NCBI GenBank assembly: GCA_028534125.1
Contig: CM052816.1
Location: 56,608,001-56,672,000, forward strand
Source: Lama glama
Taxonomy: Eukaryota
DNA length: 64,000 nucleotides
Reading direction: 5' to 3'
How positions within the stretch are numbered: position 1 is the stretch's first letter; the number at the start of each line of letters is the position of its first letter. The notes beneath the pieces are model-generated. The model was given only the letters and a program-made list of their open reading frames with translations, had not been told where the DNA came from and did no database searches. Position numbers and translations under genes: made by a program. Positions 37,483 to 50,559 of this stretch are shown here, in pieces.

Positions 37483-37842
37483 GCCCTAGTCCGCTCCGTT
37501 CTCCAAACAGAGAACACCATCGATGGGGAGGCATAACCAACAGCATTTCTTTCTCAAAGTCTTAGAGGCTGGGAAGCCCAGGATCAAAGTGCGGGGACCA
37601 GTGACTGGTGAGGGCCCTGTTCCTTGCATATGGCCCGTTTTCTCACTGTATCCCCACTTGGTGAGAAACAGAACTATCAATAGTTCTAGAGTCTCTTTTT
37701 CTAAGGGCATTAATCCCCCTCACGGCGGCTCCACCCGCATGATCTAATCACCGCATAGGCCCCATCTCTTAAGATCATCACTTTGGGGGCTGGGATTTCA
37801 ACATAGGGGTTCAGAGAGGACACAAGCATTCAGTCCACAGCA
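37483..37842 (-). mobile_element. MaLR LTR, MLT1A-like
   Basis: gaggctgggaagcccaggatcaaagtgc, aagggcattaatccc, catgatctaatcacc, ggatttcaacata, cattcagtccacagca. Confidence 0.85.
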
Positions 37843-39232
37843 CAGCCCATGGGAGGCTGAGTCTCCTGAGAGGTGGTGAAGTCCTGTGGCAGGAACAGGG
37901 TACAGCCCCTGGGCCCTAAGTTGCAGCCTCAGCTGTGGGGAGGGAAGAGTGATTCTGTGCACGCCGAGAGCATCGCTTAGCTGTGTTCCTGGGGCAGCAC
38001 TTTGGACTGAGTGTGGGGCTCGGTGGAGAACAGTATGGGCAGCAAGTAAGAATGCAGAAGTCTTTCTTGGAAACTCTGGAAAGTAGAGGGGCTCGGGCCA
38101 TCCTGCTGTGATAACACTGAACTGAGCGTGATTCAGAACAGAAAGTGAGAGGAAACGTGGTGTGCGGGGGCCACGCGTGCAGTGGCCAGGGCGTGGCCTG
38201 GCAGAGGGAGAAGGTGGTGCCCAGTGGGAGACGGCAGTGTAGGAGCAACACCCATCGACAGACCGAAATACCGGAGGGGCATTTAACAGGGACGAGCCCG
38301 TCGTGGACAAGAGGGAGCAAGAGACGATGGGCTTGGAGTAGGTTTGCTTATGTGCCCTCAGGTGTGGGAGACTTGAGTTACAAGGGTACCTTCTAAACCA
38401 AAGTCCAGGCTCCTGTGTCTAGTGCCCTCTCCTCATGTCTTCCCGTGTCCAAGAGCTGTGGCTTGAGCCAACTTGACTTACCAGGATCACACTCACATAA
38501 ATCCTGTGGATAGACAGATCTTAAACTTACTCAAACTGGGAGCTCTTTGAGGTTAAGGATCATGAGCTCACAATGCCCTGAAAAATGGGGCGGATCGCAT
38601 GTGCATAGAGCTTTGCGGGGGTTTGAAACCCACTGTTAGATGCGTCTCATCTGGTCAACGTAACAGGCTGGTGGGGTCAGCACTGAGTGAGGGAGCCTGA
38701 GGGGAAACTAGACCGAAGTATAGCCGCAGAGCTGAGAATCTCTTTGTTCGGGGCTCTCGGCCTCTCACTAACAACTACCAGCTTCCGAGCCAAGCGAGGT
38801 CTAGCTCCTCCCCTGAGCCAGGCCGACGTGGTTATTTGAGATCTTATCAGTTCTGGAAGGGGAAGAAGTGAAATCTGCGTGGCCTGCTGGAAAGGATCAA
38901 CTGTTTTGTCTTCTACCTGGAGATTCCGTTCACCTTCACCAGGGGGTGGACTTGGTGAGCTCATGGAAGGAATCCGTTCTTACAGACTCGGTTTGTTTTG
39001 AATTGTATTTGTGAGGTTTGTTTTAAGACGTGTCTACCTGTCACAGTGACATATGCCAGTGCGTGTGCGCTGAAGCAGCCTTTTTAGGAAAACTACCCCA
39101 CCCCCAACCCCTGCCAAAGAAGTGCCTGGAAACTTTGCAGTTAAGCTCTGGCCTTAGAGATGAAGATGCTCTTCACTGTGCACTGCTAGTCCCACCACCA
39201 ACCAGAGTGGTCCTGACTTTTAAATAGGGATG

Positions 39233-39365
39233 TAAGGGAGGGACAGCTCAGTGGTAGAGTGCATGCCTAGCATACACAAGGTCCTGGGTTCAAGCCCCAG
39301 TACCTCCATTAAATAAATAGATGAATAAACCTAATTATCTCCCACTCAAAAATTAATTAAAAAAA
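39233..39365 (+). mobile_element. tRNA-derived SINE, camelid Vic-1-like
   Basis: agctcagtggtagagtgcatgcctagcatacacaaggtcctgggttcaagccccagtacc plus A-rich tail; TSD ttaaatagggatg (39220-39232) / ttaaataaggatg (39366-39378). Confidence 0.9.
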
Positions 39366-40134
39366 TTAAATAAGGATGGCAGAAAACCCCAGAAGAGTAT
39401 TTTTCAGCCCTCAGAAGCCTCACCAGACTTCTAGGTCTAAACTTCCCACTTCTGAAGCAAACTGGGGTGGGTTTCATGATTTCTAATGTCTCTTCCTCAC
39501 ATACTAATTCTGTCATCCAGTGGGGTGGGGTCTTTACCAGGCGACTTCTGAGGAAAGGTCCCTTCGGGCAAAGGAGATGCTGAAAATCTCAGGGAGCCCA
39601 GAGATTCAGTCACCATCTGTGGCAGTCACAGAATTCCTCCTTCTGTTGCAGTCACACTTAGTAAATGTCTTTGTGTGTCAACGGGCTATGGTGGGGGACC
39701 CATTTTGTGGTTTTGGAGTTCTACTTGGGACTTCAGTTTACACGCATGTCTGCATTCATTCATCTGCTCAGCACACATTTCTTTGCGTCGCTGTTCCATG
39801 TGCTAACTACTACTAACTGGACGCTAAAATTTAGTGTGCGTTGTTCAGTGGCAGCTACTCGGCTAAGCATTTTACTTCTGTCGTCCCATACTCTTCCCAA
39901 CAACCTAGGAGGCAGTAACTGTTCATACCCCTTTTTTGTAGGTGAGGAAGCGGAGGCTGAACAGGTATCCCCCCATCAGGCAGTCTGACTCCAGAGACCA
40001 AGATCTGGATCTTGACCCTCTACTGCCTCCGGGAAATCCAAAGGTGAGTCAAGCACGGTTTGTACCCTCATGAGCTCATAGTTGAGAAGAGGAAGCAGAA
40101 TGGTACAATAGGCCCCCCCAGAAAATAAAGGTTT

Positions 40135-40490
40135 AGGGGCCAGGCCAGGATGGCAGAGCAGTAGGACACCTAGCTCACCCTCGCCCACGAGTACAGCCAA
40201 ATCTACACCATTGTACGGAACAAGTCACACCTGCTCTGCACGGAACAGAGCACCTACTGAACTTTGGCAGAATCTCTCTTACATCGGAAATACAGGGAAA
40301 TACAAAACCGAAAACAACCAGTTTATACTACACAGTACAGGAAACTAAATTCAATATCTTACAGTAACCTATAATGAAAAAGAATACGAAAAGGAATACA
40401 TATGTATTTGTATGACTGAAACATGATACTGTACACTAGGAATTGTCACAACATTGTAAACTGACTATACTTCAATTGAAAAAAAAAAGA
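40135..40490 (+). mobile_element. Bipartite L1 derivative: L1 5' end fused to L1 3' end with poly(A)
   Basis: 40135-~40295 resembles an L1 5' terminus (ccaggatggcagagcagtaggac, agctcacc, cagagcacctactgaactttggcagaa). ~40297-40488 is an L1 3' terminus similar to 3080-3170 and 7848-7928, ending ctgactatacttcaattg-A10. Confidence 0.75.
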
Positions 40491-40825
40491 AAGAATTTTT
40501 TAACATGTTATCCGAAAGGAATATGCTCTTAAAATAGCATGGGAGGAAGGAACATCTCAGCCCGTCTGCTCAAGAGGACGTGACTCAGAGAGCTCACCAT
40601 GAGTCAAAGGAAAGAGCCTCCATGTGGAGATACAAATCTCAGTTACCCTGTATTTTATTTTCTGTAACTGAAAATTTAAAAAAGCTGAAATCAGTGTTAG
40701 CAGGCTCCTATCGGTCATGGAACAGATCCTTGGCAAGACAGATATGAGCTGCTCCTCAGGAACTTGTAAGTGAGGGAAACCTTGCCTGAAGAGAGCTCAA
40801 GTAACTGATGTAAGGACTTGAACAG

Positions 40826-41177
40826 AGTCTCAGTTTGGTCTGGCCGCTATAACAAAATGCCATGGGTGGAGGGCCTTACAAACAACGGAAACTTTCTTCT
40901 CATGGTCCTGGTGGCTGGGAAGCCAAGATCACAATGCTGACCAACTGGGCGTCCAGTGAAGGCCCACCTCCTGGTTCACAGCTGGTCATCTTTTTGCTAT
41001 AACCTCATATGGCCAAAGGTGCAAAGGAACTCTCTGGGGTCTCTTAAGGGCATGAACCGCATTCAAGGGGGCTCTGCTCTCATGACCGAATGTCTCACCA
41101 AAGGCCTCACCCCCTAATACCAACACACTGGGGGTTAGGATTTCAACATGAATTTAGCAGGACACCGTCTGTAACAA
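40826..41177 (-). mobile_element. MaLR LTR, MLT1A-like
   Basis: gctataacaaaatgccat, ggctgggaagccaagatca, cctaataccaacacactgggggttaggatttcaacatgaattt. Confidence 0.85.
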
Positions 41178-41544
41178 TCAAAATATGCAAGGTCCAGGTG
41201 GCTCTAGCTCCCTTGCAGAGCAAATCTATCTGAAATTGTTACCACAGATAAGTAAGTGACATTCTAAGCAGGAAGACTGATCAGCCAGTCCCATGATGAT
41301 CTTAGGCAAGGAGAGATTCAGAACTAAAGACTGGCGCTGCCTCTCTTGGCACTAGGCAGGAAAGACTACCCTCTTTTATACCACAGCCAGCATCCCAGTG
41401 TGTCAATTCCTTGTGTATCTTTTTGAATTAATTTTTATTCTGTGGTTGGCTTTATTCCTTCGATAACTATGCGAGTTTAAAAAGCTAAAGCTCTAAATGT
41501 TCTTAGAAACAATGAACAGTACATATATGTAACTTTAAAAATAT

Positions 41545-42080
41545 ATGTGCAGTGGAAAAAAAGAACTATCAAGCCATGAAAGACATGGAAGAAAAACTTA
41601 AAAGATGTATTACTAAATGCAAGAAGCCAGTCTGAAAAGGCTACAAACTGTATGATTCCAACCAAATGACATTCTGGAAAAGGCACAGCTACAGAAACAA
41701 TAAAAAGATCGTGGTTTCCAGGGGTTTGGGGAGAGGGAGGGAGGGAGGGATGAATAGATGGAGCACAAGTGATTTTTAAGGCATTGAAATTATTCTGTAT
41801 GATACTATAGTGGTGACTACATGTCATTATGCATTTGTTGAAGCCCACAGAATGCACAACATCAAGAGTGAACCCTAATGTAAAGTACGGAATTTGGTTG
41901 CTGTTAATGTGTCCATGTTGGTTCATCGATTGTACCAAATATGCCCCACTGATGAGGGATGCTGAGGGTAGGGGAGTATACGTGTGTGGGTGGGGAGGGC
42001 TATGAGGGAACTCTGTATTTTCTGCTCAATTCTGCTGTAAACCTGAAACTGCTCTAAAAAAATAAAATCTATTAAAAAAA
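41545..42080 (+). mobile_element. L1MC1-like 3' end
   Basis: gaactatcaagccatgaaagacatgga, tgacattctggaaaaggca, agagtgaaccctaatgtaaa, ctgtaaacctgaaactgctctaaaaaaataaaatctattaaaa. Confidence 0.88.
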
Positions 42081-42234
42081 TTCCTCATGACCACATTAAA
42101 CATTCCCATGAAGGGGAAAAAAACTCCCCCATTTTCTGATCCCATAAATTACCTACATGGGCTTGACAGTAGTATTTCTCAGTGCAAAATAATAGATATG
42201 CTTCTAGCCTCAGTGTAAAAGAATAAATTAGCCT

Positions 42235-42463
42235 CCCTCGTGAAGGGGATGAGTGCCTTTGTAAAAAGAGACACAGGAGCTTGCTCTCACTCTCTCCTCT
42301 CCACCAAGTGAAGATACGGGCAGGGTGTCCTCACCGGACACCAGATCTGCCAACGCCTTTATCTCGGGACTTCCTGCCTTTCAGAACGATGAGCAGTAAG
42401 TTTCTGCTGTTCAAGCTGCACCGTCTATGGTAGTTTGTTTGAGCAGCCCGGCTGACGAAGGCA
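42235..42463 (+). mobile_element. MaLR LTR 3' part, MLT1A-like
   Basis: cctcaccggacaccagatctgcc...ggacttcctgcct...gtctatggtagtttgtttgagcagccc. Confidence 0.8.
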
Positions 42464-42569
42464 GCTGTGTTACATACACACAAACACTGAGGATCTCAAA
42501 GATTTGGGCTCTTAAATGTACTAAAGTAGCCTCTGGCCTGGAGTCTAGAGCCATGATTTTTTGTGTTAC

Positions 42570-43520
42570 TCTTTATTTTGATACCATTTTAAATTTAAAG
42601 AAAATTTATAAAAATCATACAAAGACCTCTGTATACCTTTTACACAGATTCACCAGTTGTTTGCATTTTTGCCTCATTCGTTTTATCATTCTGTCATCTA
42701 TCTGTCTATAATATATAATAATATATAATATACATACATGCACTTTTTATATCTATACATACATGCATTTCCCCCCTAAACTCTTTGAAAGTAAATGGAG
42801 ACATTATGCTTCTAAATACTTCAGTGCATATTTCCTAAGGAGAAAGGCGTTCTCTTACACACAGTGCAATTATCAAATTCTTTTTAAAAATTAATGTCAG
42901 AATACAATTCTCTAAGCTATTTAAAGTCTTGTCAGCTGCCTCAGCAATGTCGTTCTTCATCCTGACATTGTTAATAGCACAGGCTAGTTACTTTCTAGGG
43001 TGTCCCTCACTTTGTTTTGTTTTGGGGTCTTTTGGGGGGGTAATTCGGTTTATTTATTTATTTATTGCACTGGAGGTACTGGGGATTGAACCCAGAACCT
43101 CATGCATGCCAGGCAGGTATTCCACGTCTGAGTTATACCCTCCCCCCAGGTGTCCTTCACTTTGGATTTGTCTGATTTTCCTTAGGATTGGATTCCGGTT
43201 ACGCAGTCTTGGCAGGAATGTCACAGAAGCGATGTGTTCTCAGCACATTGTCTTAGGAGGGACGTGATGCCAGTTTAGACTGTGTAGATAACTTGTTTCT
43301 CATCATGACTTCCCTTCTCCAGTTTTAGCATCCATTGATAATTTTATGAATCAATCATTTCTTGTGTATTTATAAGTTGTCATTCTAGTTAAAGAGAACT
43401 TTTCCTTCTTTCCCATTTGTCTATTTATTCATATCAATACAGAATCAGAACTCGCATTTTATTCAGTGGGTTATAATGTACTACTATCATTTATTTTGAT
43501 GCTCAAATTGTCCCAGATTT
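42570..43520 (-). mobile_element. Old L1 (L1MC4/5-like) 3'UTR, interrupted by a SINE
   Basis: ctaaatacttcagtgcatatttcctaag; atcatttattttgatgctcaaattgtcccagattt. Confidence 0.75.
43014..43148 (-). mobile_element. tRNA-derived SINE, camelid Vic-1-like
   Basis: ggaggtactggggattgaacccagaacctcatgcatgc...ctgagttataccctccccc; TSD ggtgtccctcacttt (42999-43013) / ggtgtccttcacttt (43149-43163). Confidence 0.9.
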
Positions 43521-44284
43521 AAGACACATGATTTTCATCACACTTTGGACTCTAAGAAGCTTTGAGAACTGGGGCAACTCACTTTGCTTTTTGAGTCCAA
43601 TTGTCTGTTTTGAGTAACAGGGGAGCTACACTAGAATATCTTTCATTTCTTTTTCTTTGTGGAGGTTTGAAAAACCAAGATACATAATTTTCCTTCTCTT
43701 CCTTTTTCAAAGAACTTTTTTAAATGATTGTTTTTGTTTTGAGAGTATTTTTTATTCAATTTACATGTAAGAAGAATCATTTAAATAGCCAGCACGGTGG
43801 CTGACCAGTCAAAAGCAACACATGAATAGTTAGTTCATTTATTTCTTAGCATGGGGAGAAGGAGGAGCAGAGTATGGCCTTTTGTATCAAAAAGGATGGA
43901 ATAAATTGAAGACCTCTGACCCTCAGCAGGAAATACTGGCCGCTTCCTCCCACAATGACAGGGCTTCTCAGACGGGGCATTGTTCTTGAAACTAATGGTC
44001 AGAGAAGAAGCAATTCTCATCTGCCCCTTTATCTTCCCTCACTTCCCCGTCATTTCCCCACCCACTGAGATGCCTCCCACCTAAAGCCCTAGCTTCCCTC
44101 TTTCCCTTACATCGTTTTATGACCTGGGTGGATTTGGTTGTATTAACGAGAGCTGCAGGGTGACTTGGGGAGGAAGGATTGCACGTGAGGTCCACTTTGT
44201 GCTCCCCGGTGATTCTGTTACGGGCGAGCTGGCCTAAGGCTTCTGCTCACAACCACATGCGCTACTGCACGGTTAGTGTCCTGT

Positions 44285-44321
44285 TGTGTGTTTGTGTGTG
44301 TGTGTGTGTGTGTGGGTGTGT
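44285..44321. repeat. (TG)n microsatellite, interrupted
   Basis: Seen directly. Confidence 0.95.
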
Positions 44322-47300
44322 TTGCTCGTACCCATCCTCTGCCAGAAACACCAATCAATAATGACAATTCTTCATTTCTGCCTTTAAAAAATTTAGATAC
44401 TGTGGGATGTGCATTGCTATTTAATTGAGGTATAGTTTTATTCTTTCATTGCAATGCTGAGGAAACCATTAGGAACATTTTTGCCTTAGAACTAAGACCA
44501 AGGAGAAAAAAGGTAACAAAAATGAGAAGCACTTTTATGATCCTTAAAAAAATGTTTCCTTTGGTCATTGATGATCCAGAATTCCTGGCAGTTTTGCAGC
44601 CTCACCCTTCTAGTCTGCAGTCAGGTCAACAATGGAGCAGATCAGACGGACAGGGTTTGTTCTTTGTTTGTTTGTTTTAAATATTCCTTTCACTTCCCAG
44701 AATAATATCAATCTCGTTATCAAAAGAGCTCTTACCTCATCTTTCCAAAGACAATGATTTGGGGAGGGGAAGAGGGAGAGAGTATTTTAAAATTTTAACA
44801 ACATTAACAATGTTTCCAGGCAAAAATAGGGCCAGTACAAATTCTCCCTCAACCAGATGCCCCATTGTTTGAAAATACAGACTTTTTCTGTTTGCTAACA
44901 TCCCTGGACAGTCTCTTCTTTGAGGAATTCCATGCAAAAACCAATGTGCATCTAAATATCAATCGTACACAAGAGCTTGGACTAACCCCACCGCAAATCA
45001 GGAACCAAACAGTATCTTAAAAGGTTAAGAGAAGGGCAGCCCCCCCCCAGCTTTTATTCCGTTCACTCAGCGATCTGCAGAGCCCTTTCTGAATGGAGAA
45101 GCTTCTAGAGTCTAATGACTCTGAGGAAATGAGTTATTCTTGCTATCAATTGGGGACAGTTGCCATTCACGCTAGAGAAGAAAGCAGATCTATTGCCGGG
45201 CATGAAATTAAATTTTCCAGGTAGCAGCAAGTAATTGATACTGTGGGGTGACCTCTGCCCACGGCAGCCAGTTTCAATCTGCGGAGCTGGCAACAGAGCC
45301 CGCTACCCCGTCTGACCCCCACGAGCCGAGCTGCAAAAACAAGACGCCTGAGTAACCTCGACTTCTTCCTCATCAACTCTCCCCGTGTTCCTTACCTTTG
45401 TTCCCTCAGCCTTTGTTCTCATTCACATGTCCCTGATGGTCTCACCCATTTTTCATGAAATCGTTCATTCATCCACCTGAGACACTAAGTGGGAATCAGA
45501 TTTATCAACTTACTCTGTGATTCAGGCTTTTCATGTTGACTTTTGAATACATTAACTTTCTGGGTTTTCAGATCTTGCGTTAAAAAATCAGAAAGGTTTC
45601 TGAACAGTAGAAAAAGTTAAGCCCAGATAAGCCACATCATCTCTCTCTTTTTTTAAACTAAATATTTATTTATACATTCAAAATTGGTTGGTTTCTTCTG
45701 GATTGTGGCAGGCAGAGCGTCTATCACTGAGAATGAGTTTTAAGGTGGGTATTGGATTCACTTAAGTAACAAGTTAGCAGAGGAAAGGTGACCGACAGGA
45801 AAGAAATAGTCTGCCTGTCTTTTGGAATTGCTCAAAAATTAAATTGTTTTGGAAATTCACTCCACAACCTATTGCTAGTCTTGAAATTCTTGACATTGGG
45901 GACGCAACAGCTCCCAAATGAGGATTATTTGATTCAAAGCTCCAGACCTTTTTAAACCCATTGGGTAAGGAAAGAGGACTGAAAGTCCTAATGTAGCCAT
46001 TTGGGGTATAAATTATGTAAGTGCAAAGTGCAGACCAGAAGATCACAGCTCCTTGAGACAATTTAGATTTTAATCAGATTTTTCATTCCAACTTTAATTA
46101 AGGTCTTTGACTTAGAAAAATGGCTATTAGAAACTGACTGCCAGTAAAGCAAAAAAAAAAAAAATTAATTGGGAAAAAATGGACCCTGACTGCTATGGAG
46201 ACTCATAGCACATGTTAGGAAAGGGAGCAGAAGAAAGCTTTAATGAATTATTGTAACATACAGTAGTATTTTTCTCGCTAGACGTCTAGAAAAATACATG
46301 TTGTGTTTTTCTTATTCTATGCTGACATAAATAAAAATAACAGAAAGTTCCTTTTTTAGAATTTAAAATCTAATAATACGCTCTATCAGACTGTAACTTA
46401 CCATTAACTTCTTCTGCCTGGCTTAGGCTAATTTCTGTAGCAATGAATCAATCTGCTAAAGTGTCAACTCTCAGTAGAATTACTGAAGAAGGTCTGAACA
46501 TGGGTCCTGCTCTTGGAAAGTTTCTAGCCTAATTGAGGAAAGAGATGAGAAAAGCCTAAGACAATGAGCTTGCAAGCTGAGAAACTGGATGGCCTATTTC
46601 TGATGCTTATAAAAGTTGCGATAAGAGGGGATCTGTCTGGCTATAGCAACTCCACTAGCATCCAGGTAGGTGGGAGACTGAAAAACAGACAGGCTTTGGA
46701 AAAATGCAGGGGTTTCCTGAGTTACTCCAATGCAGAGGACAGTTCAGCAGGCTGAGCAGGGAGAGGAGCAACCTGACCAGGATGCAGAGTTTGTTTGGGG
46801 TGTGAGGTTATAGGAGTTAAGCTGACCTGGACCATGAACACCAGACAAAGGCACTGACATCAAATATGATGTATCCAACATCTATTAAGGGCTATTACTG
46901 GCTGTCTGGGCTTTGCACATTTATATTATTTCTCCATAGCACCGAAGTTTCTTCTGTAGACTCTGGAGGTCTAGGGGTGAGAGGACACAATTTTTAGGAA
47001 GAGCAGCCTGGTAGTTTATGCGGATGGCATTGTCAGAAGGTGACTGGCAGCCTGGAGTCTAAGGCCACTGTCCCGTCCAGGGTGGAGTGGGCCTGTCAGG
47101 GCTGAGATAGATGGAACAGTGATGGATGCAAAAAGGAGATCTCGAACCAGCTCCACACAGCAAATGTCACTGAACACCTTCTATGGGCGGGTCCTGGAGA
47201 TAAAATCAGTAAGACTTGGTGGGGGCGGGGAAACTTGGGGTTAGGCTGTATCGAACTAATGACACAGTGTTAGTGCTTTAGGAAGCACAGGTGTGCAGTC

Positions 47301-50204
47301 TGTCTGACGTCTGGCTTGAGACAGCAGAGACTGGCATGGCAGGCATGGGCACAAGAGCCAAGAAAGGTGTCACCCAGAAGGTGACATTCAGCGGGGCTGG
47401 GAAGGACAAGTCAGAGTTTGCCAGGCAGAGAAAAAAGAACACACAAAAGCAGAGGATCAAGATTTGGAAAGTTAGGCTACCAAATCGAAGACAGAAATTT
47501 TAAAATTGAATTAAAGAGCTGCTGTTACCTTCTTTAGTCTTCACATCTCATCTCGGGGACTTTCTGAAGGGAAAAAAAAAAAAGAAGGAATCCTACACTG
47601 TGGCCGACACCAAAACATTCACAGAGATAAAGAGATGGAATACTTGGGATCGTGGGGCAAGGTCTAAGTGCTCAGGCTTCATCAGGAAGTACAAACACAA
47701 GAGGCAAGAGTGATGGAGAGGAAATCCGAGGAGGCTGGGAAGCGAATGGCAGAACGTGCATCACTGCATTAGCTGCTGGGTCACAACGAGCCAAGAAGAG
47801 ACCCCGCCAATGGCTGGGCAGGTGCAAGATGTCTCCAGACAAACCGGATGGAACTCAGAACAACCTATGTGAGGGAGGAAGGGAGAGAAAGTCCTGCTGC
47901 GGACTCCTCTCTGCCTTCCCTTTTCCATTTATGAAAACGAAAGCCATGGGACCCCCCCTTATTTCTGGGTGGGGTCACCTGGCCTCTCTGGGGGAAGCAG
48001 ACCTTATAATTTACAACCTGGCATTTATGGAATCAGAAGTGGGGGAAGAGCTGAAGACAACCCAGGGGAAGCTAGGAGGTCCTGCATGGAGGCTTTCCCC
48101 CAGCTGCCCGTCCGGGAGCGGAGGGCCCAGGGGGCTGGTGAGGCCCACTGGACGTGATCTATACTAGACATTGTGTGTTATTACCACACAAATGTATCGT
48201 AATAATTGTGGTCAGTCCTTCCCTTATACCAAGAAATTTCCAGACCTGTTGCTTCTTTGATTTCTCCATACTGTCCAATTTCTCCAATTATTTAGATCTT
48301 CTACAAGGGCAACATGAGACAGGAGGACAACCCCATGTCGTTTAATGCTGTCACTTAGAAGCTCACTGACAAAACCGGTTAAGCAAGGTACAGATGAATA
48401 AGGACAGGTGGCATTAAGTTGAGGGATGGAGGCGAGGTAGTTTCCTGACTATGTTTGCTTAAGCTTGGTTTTCAGCAAAATCGTTTCTTTCTTTTAAATG
48501 GGGGCTTTGGAACCCAGTGTGTCCATTTGCTTGAAATTTGCTCCTCTTCTTAGGGGAGGAGGAGCAGGAAGAGGAGGTGACATTGACCAGGAAGAAGAGC
48601 ACACGTAGGCACCGTGAGACACAAAGTTCACAGTCACTGTCATGGAAAGCCATGCAGAGGGCTGCCATGAGATGGGCAGAACTGGAATATTAACTATTTC
48701 CCTCACAGCCCGTCCTGCTCTATTCATAGACATGAAAATGACTTCAGGACCAACATTTGAAAACAAAAGAGATGACAACCAGAAAACAATGCTCTGAGTT
48801 CATACACGTAAATGGTCTTGGAGGTGACCAGCCCATGGAAACGATCATGGGCCTTCTCCGGAAGGTTGCTCTTCAACTTGGAAATGATGTTATCAGCCGC
48901 TGATCCATCTGAACTGTGGCTCTGTCGGTTCCCTCCTCGTTGACCTGTGTGCCACTGACTGGATTGCCCACCGGAGGACCACGGATGCGTCTCTTGTAAG
49001 TTAACTCAGGCTGTCTGCTCATTCAAGCTCCTCCTCACCATACTTTGCAAAGAATGAAAAGGAAAGATTAGCGGTACCTGAAGCTAGAAATGAGAAGGCT
49101 GCGTGGGTGGAAAAACAAGAATCATGATTTCTCTCTTTTGTCTGTTTGAAGCCACTATTTTTTAAGCTGTCCAGTGTAAGTAATTAGCAGAGAGAATTCT
49201 GAATGCCTCTTCTTCAGTGCTTATAATGAAACAGCCAATTTAATTTTTTTTTCTTTAAACAAATTGGCTATCATGTAAGCTTTTCACCTGATGTTTACAC
49301 CTTTTTTCAAAATTCACACTACCTTTATAATTTTGGCTGTGTCCCTGGGTCACTTTTAAATTGGCTTATTTTGACAAAAGTAAATAGCTATTTTAGAGTT
49401 GTCTGAGCAACAGTATTGTGAAATTACAATTTTGATATGCTTTGTGCGTGTACGAAGTGTTCATGCATATATCATTTTTACAGTGTGCAATCTCACATCA
49501 CGCAAATTTTTTAGGGCCTTGGAGAATAATAAAATATGGGCATGGCACTCCTTAATTAGAGCAGTGAAACAATAAAATGGAAAGAAAAACAGTATCAGAG
49601 ACCTTCCACATGCTTGGAAATGCATGGGCATCTAAACTGAATTGTTTATTTGTTTTTGAAAGGGAAACATTGCAATATTGGCCACCTGCCCTGAATCTTT
49701 AATCTATCTGTGTGCTCAGAAGCACTCTCTATAAATCTATATTCACATTTATTCATCTTTTCCTATATGTATTTTTTTCTAGTAAACCTGTAAAAACCAA
49801 CCAAAAAAAGTGTTAGTCATGTACTATTTAAAATCATCCTATGTTCTACAGTTTGTAAATAAGTGGTTCATAGATTTAGTTGGTTGATTGGGAGGGAGTG
49901 GGGGAGAGCATTTTGATGTGTGGCTTCACTTAAACTAGCTGCTGTTACTGAATTCGCAGCCTTCCTGCTCCTCACATCCTAGAGATCCAGTCACTAAACA
50001 CGGTGCTTTAGGAATACTGTGCAAATTAGTCAGATCGATCTGGGTGGACACGGCAGGACCTGGTCTCAGACCTCCCTCCCTTTTATTTTGTAAGGAAGTT
50101 GGCCCCATTTGACTCTCCTGAGCGACTATCACCCAGAAAATCTGGATTCATATCACATGGGTAAACAGACTCTTCAACACCAGAGAGTTCATGAAAATAA
50201 AGGA

Positions 50205-50520
50205 CCGTCGGCCCTCCATATCCACAGGGTCCATGTTTGTGGATTCAACCAACCATGAATCAAAAAAAAATTTTTTTTTAATTCCAGAAAGTTCCCAAAA
50301 GCTAAACTTGAATTAACCATGAACCAACAACTATTTACATAGTCTTTACATTGTATTAGGTATTATAAGTAATCTAGACGTGGTTAAAGTGTGCAGGAGG
50401 ATGTGCGTGGACCATATGCAAATACTATACCAATTTTATACAAGGGACTTGAGCATCCAGGGATTCAGTAGTCCTGGGGGTCCCGGAACCACCCCCCCCA
50501 AGAATGCTGAGGGGCAACAA
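50205..50520. mobile_element. Tigger-family MITE, MER2-like
   Basis: Degenerate TIRs (ccgtcggccctccatatcc ... gaatgctgaggggcaacaa); internal tttacattgtattaggtattataagtaatctaga, atatgcaaatactatacca, agggacttgagcatcc. Confidence 0.85.
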
Positions 50521-50559
50521 TACGGTTTAGATTCAGGGCAAGAAAATAAAAGGAATTCC

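Noticed and set aside
47652..48167. 171-aa ORF
   Set aside because: Non-ATG start, no recognisable domain, no splice support.
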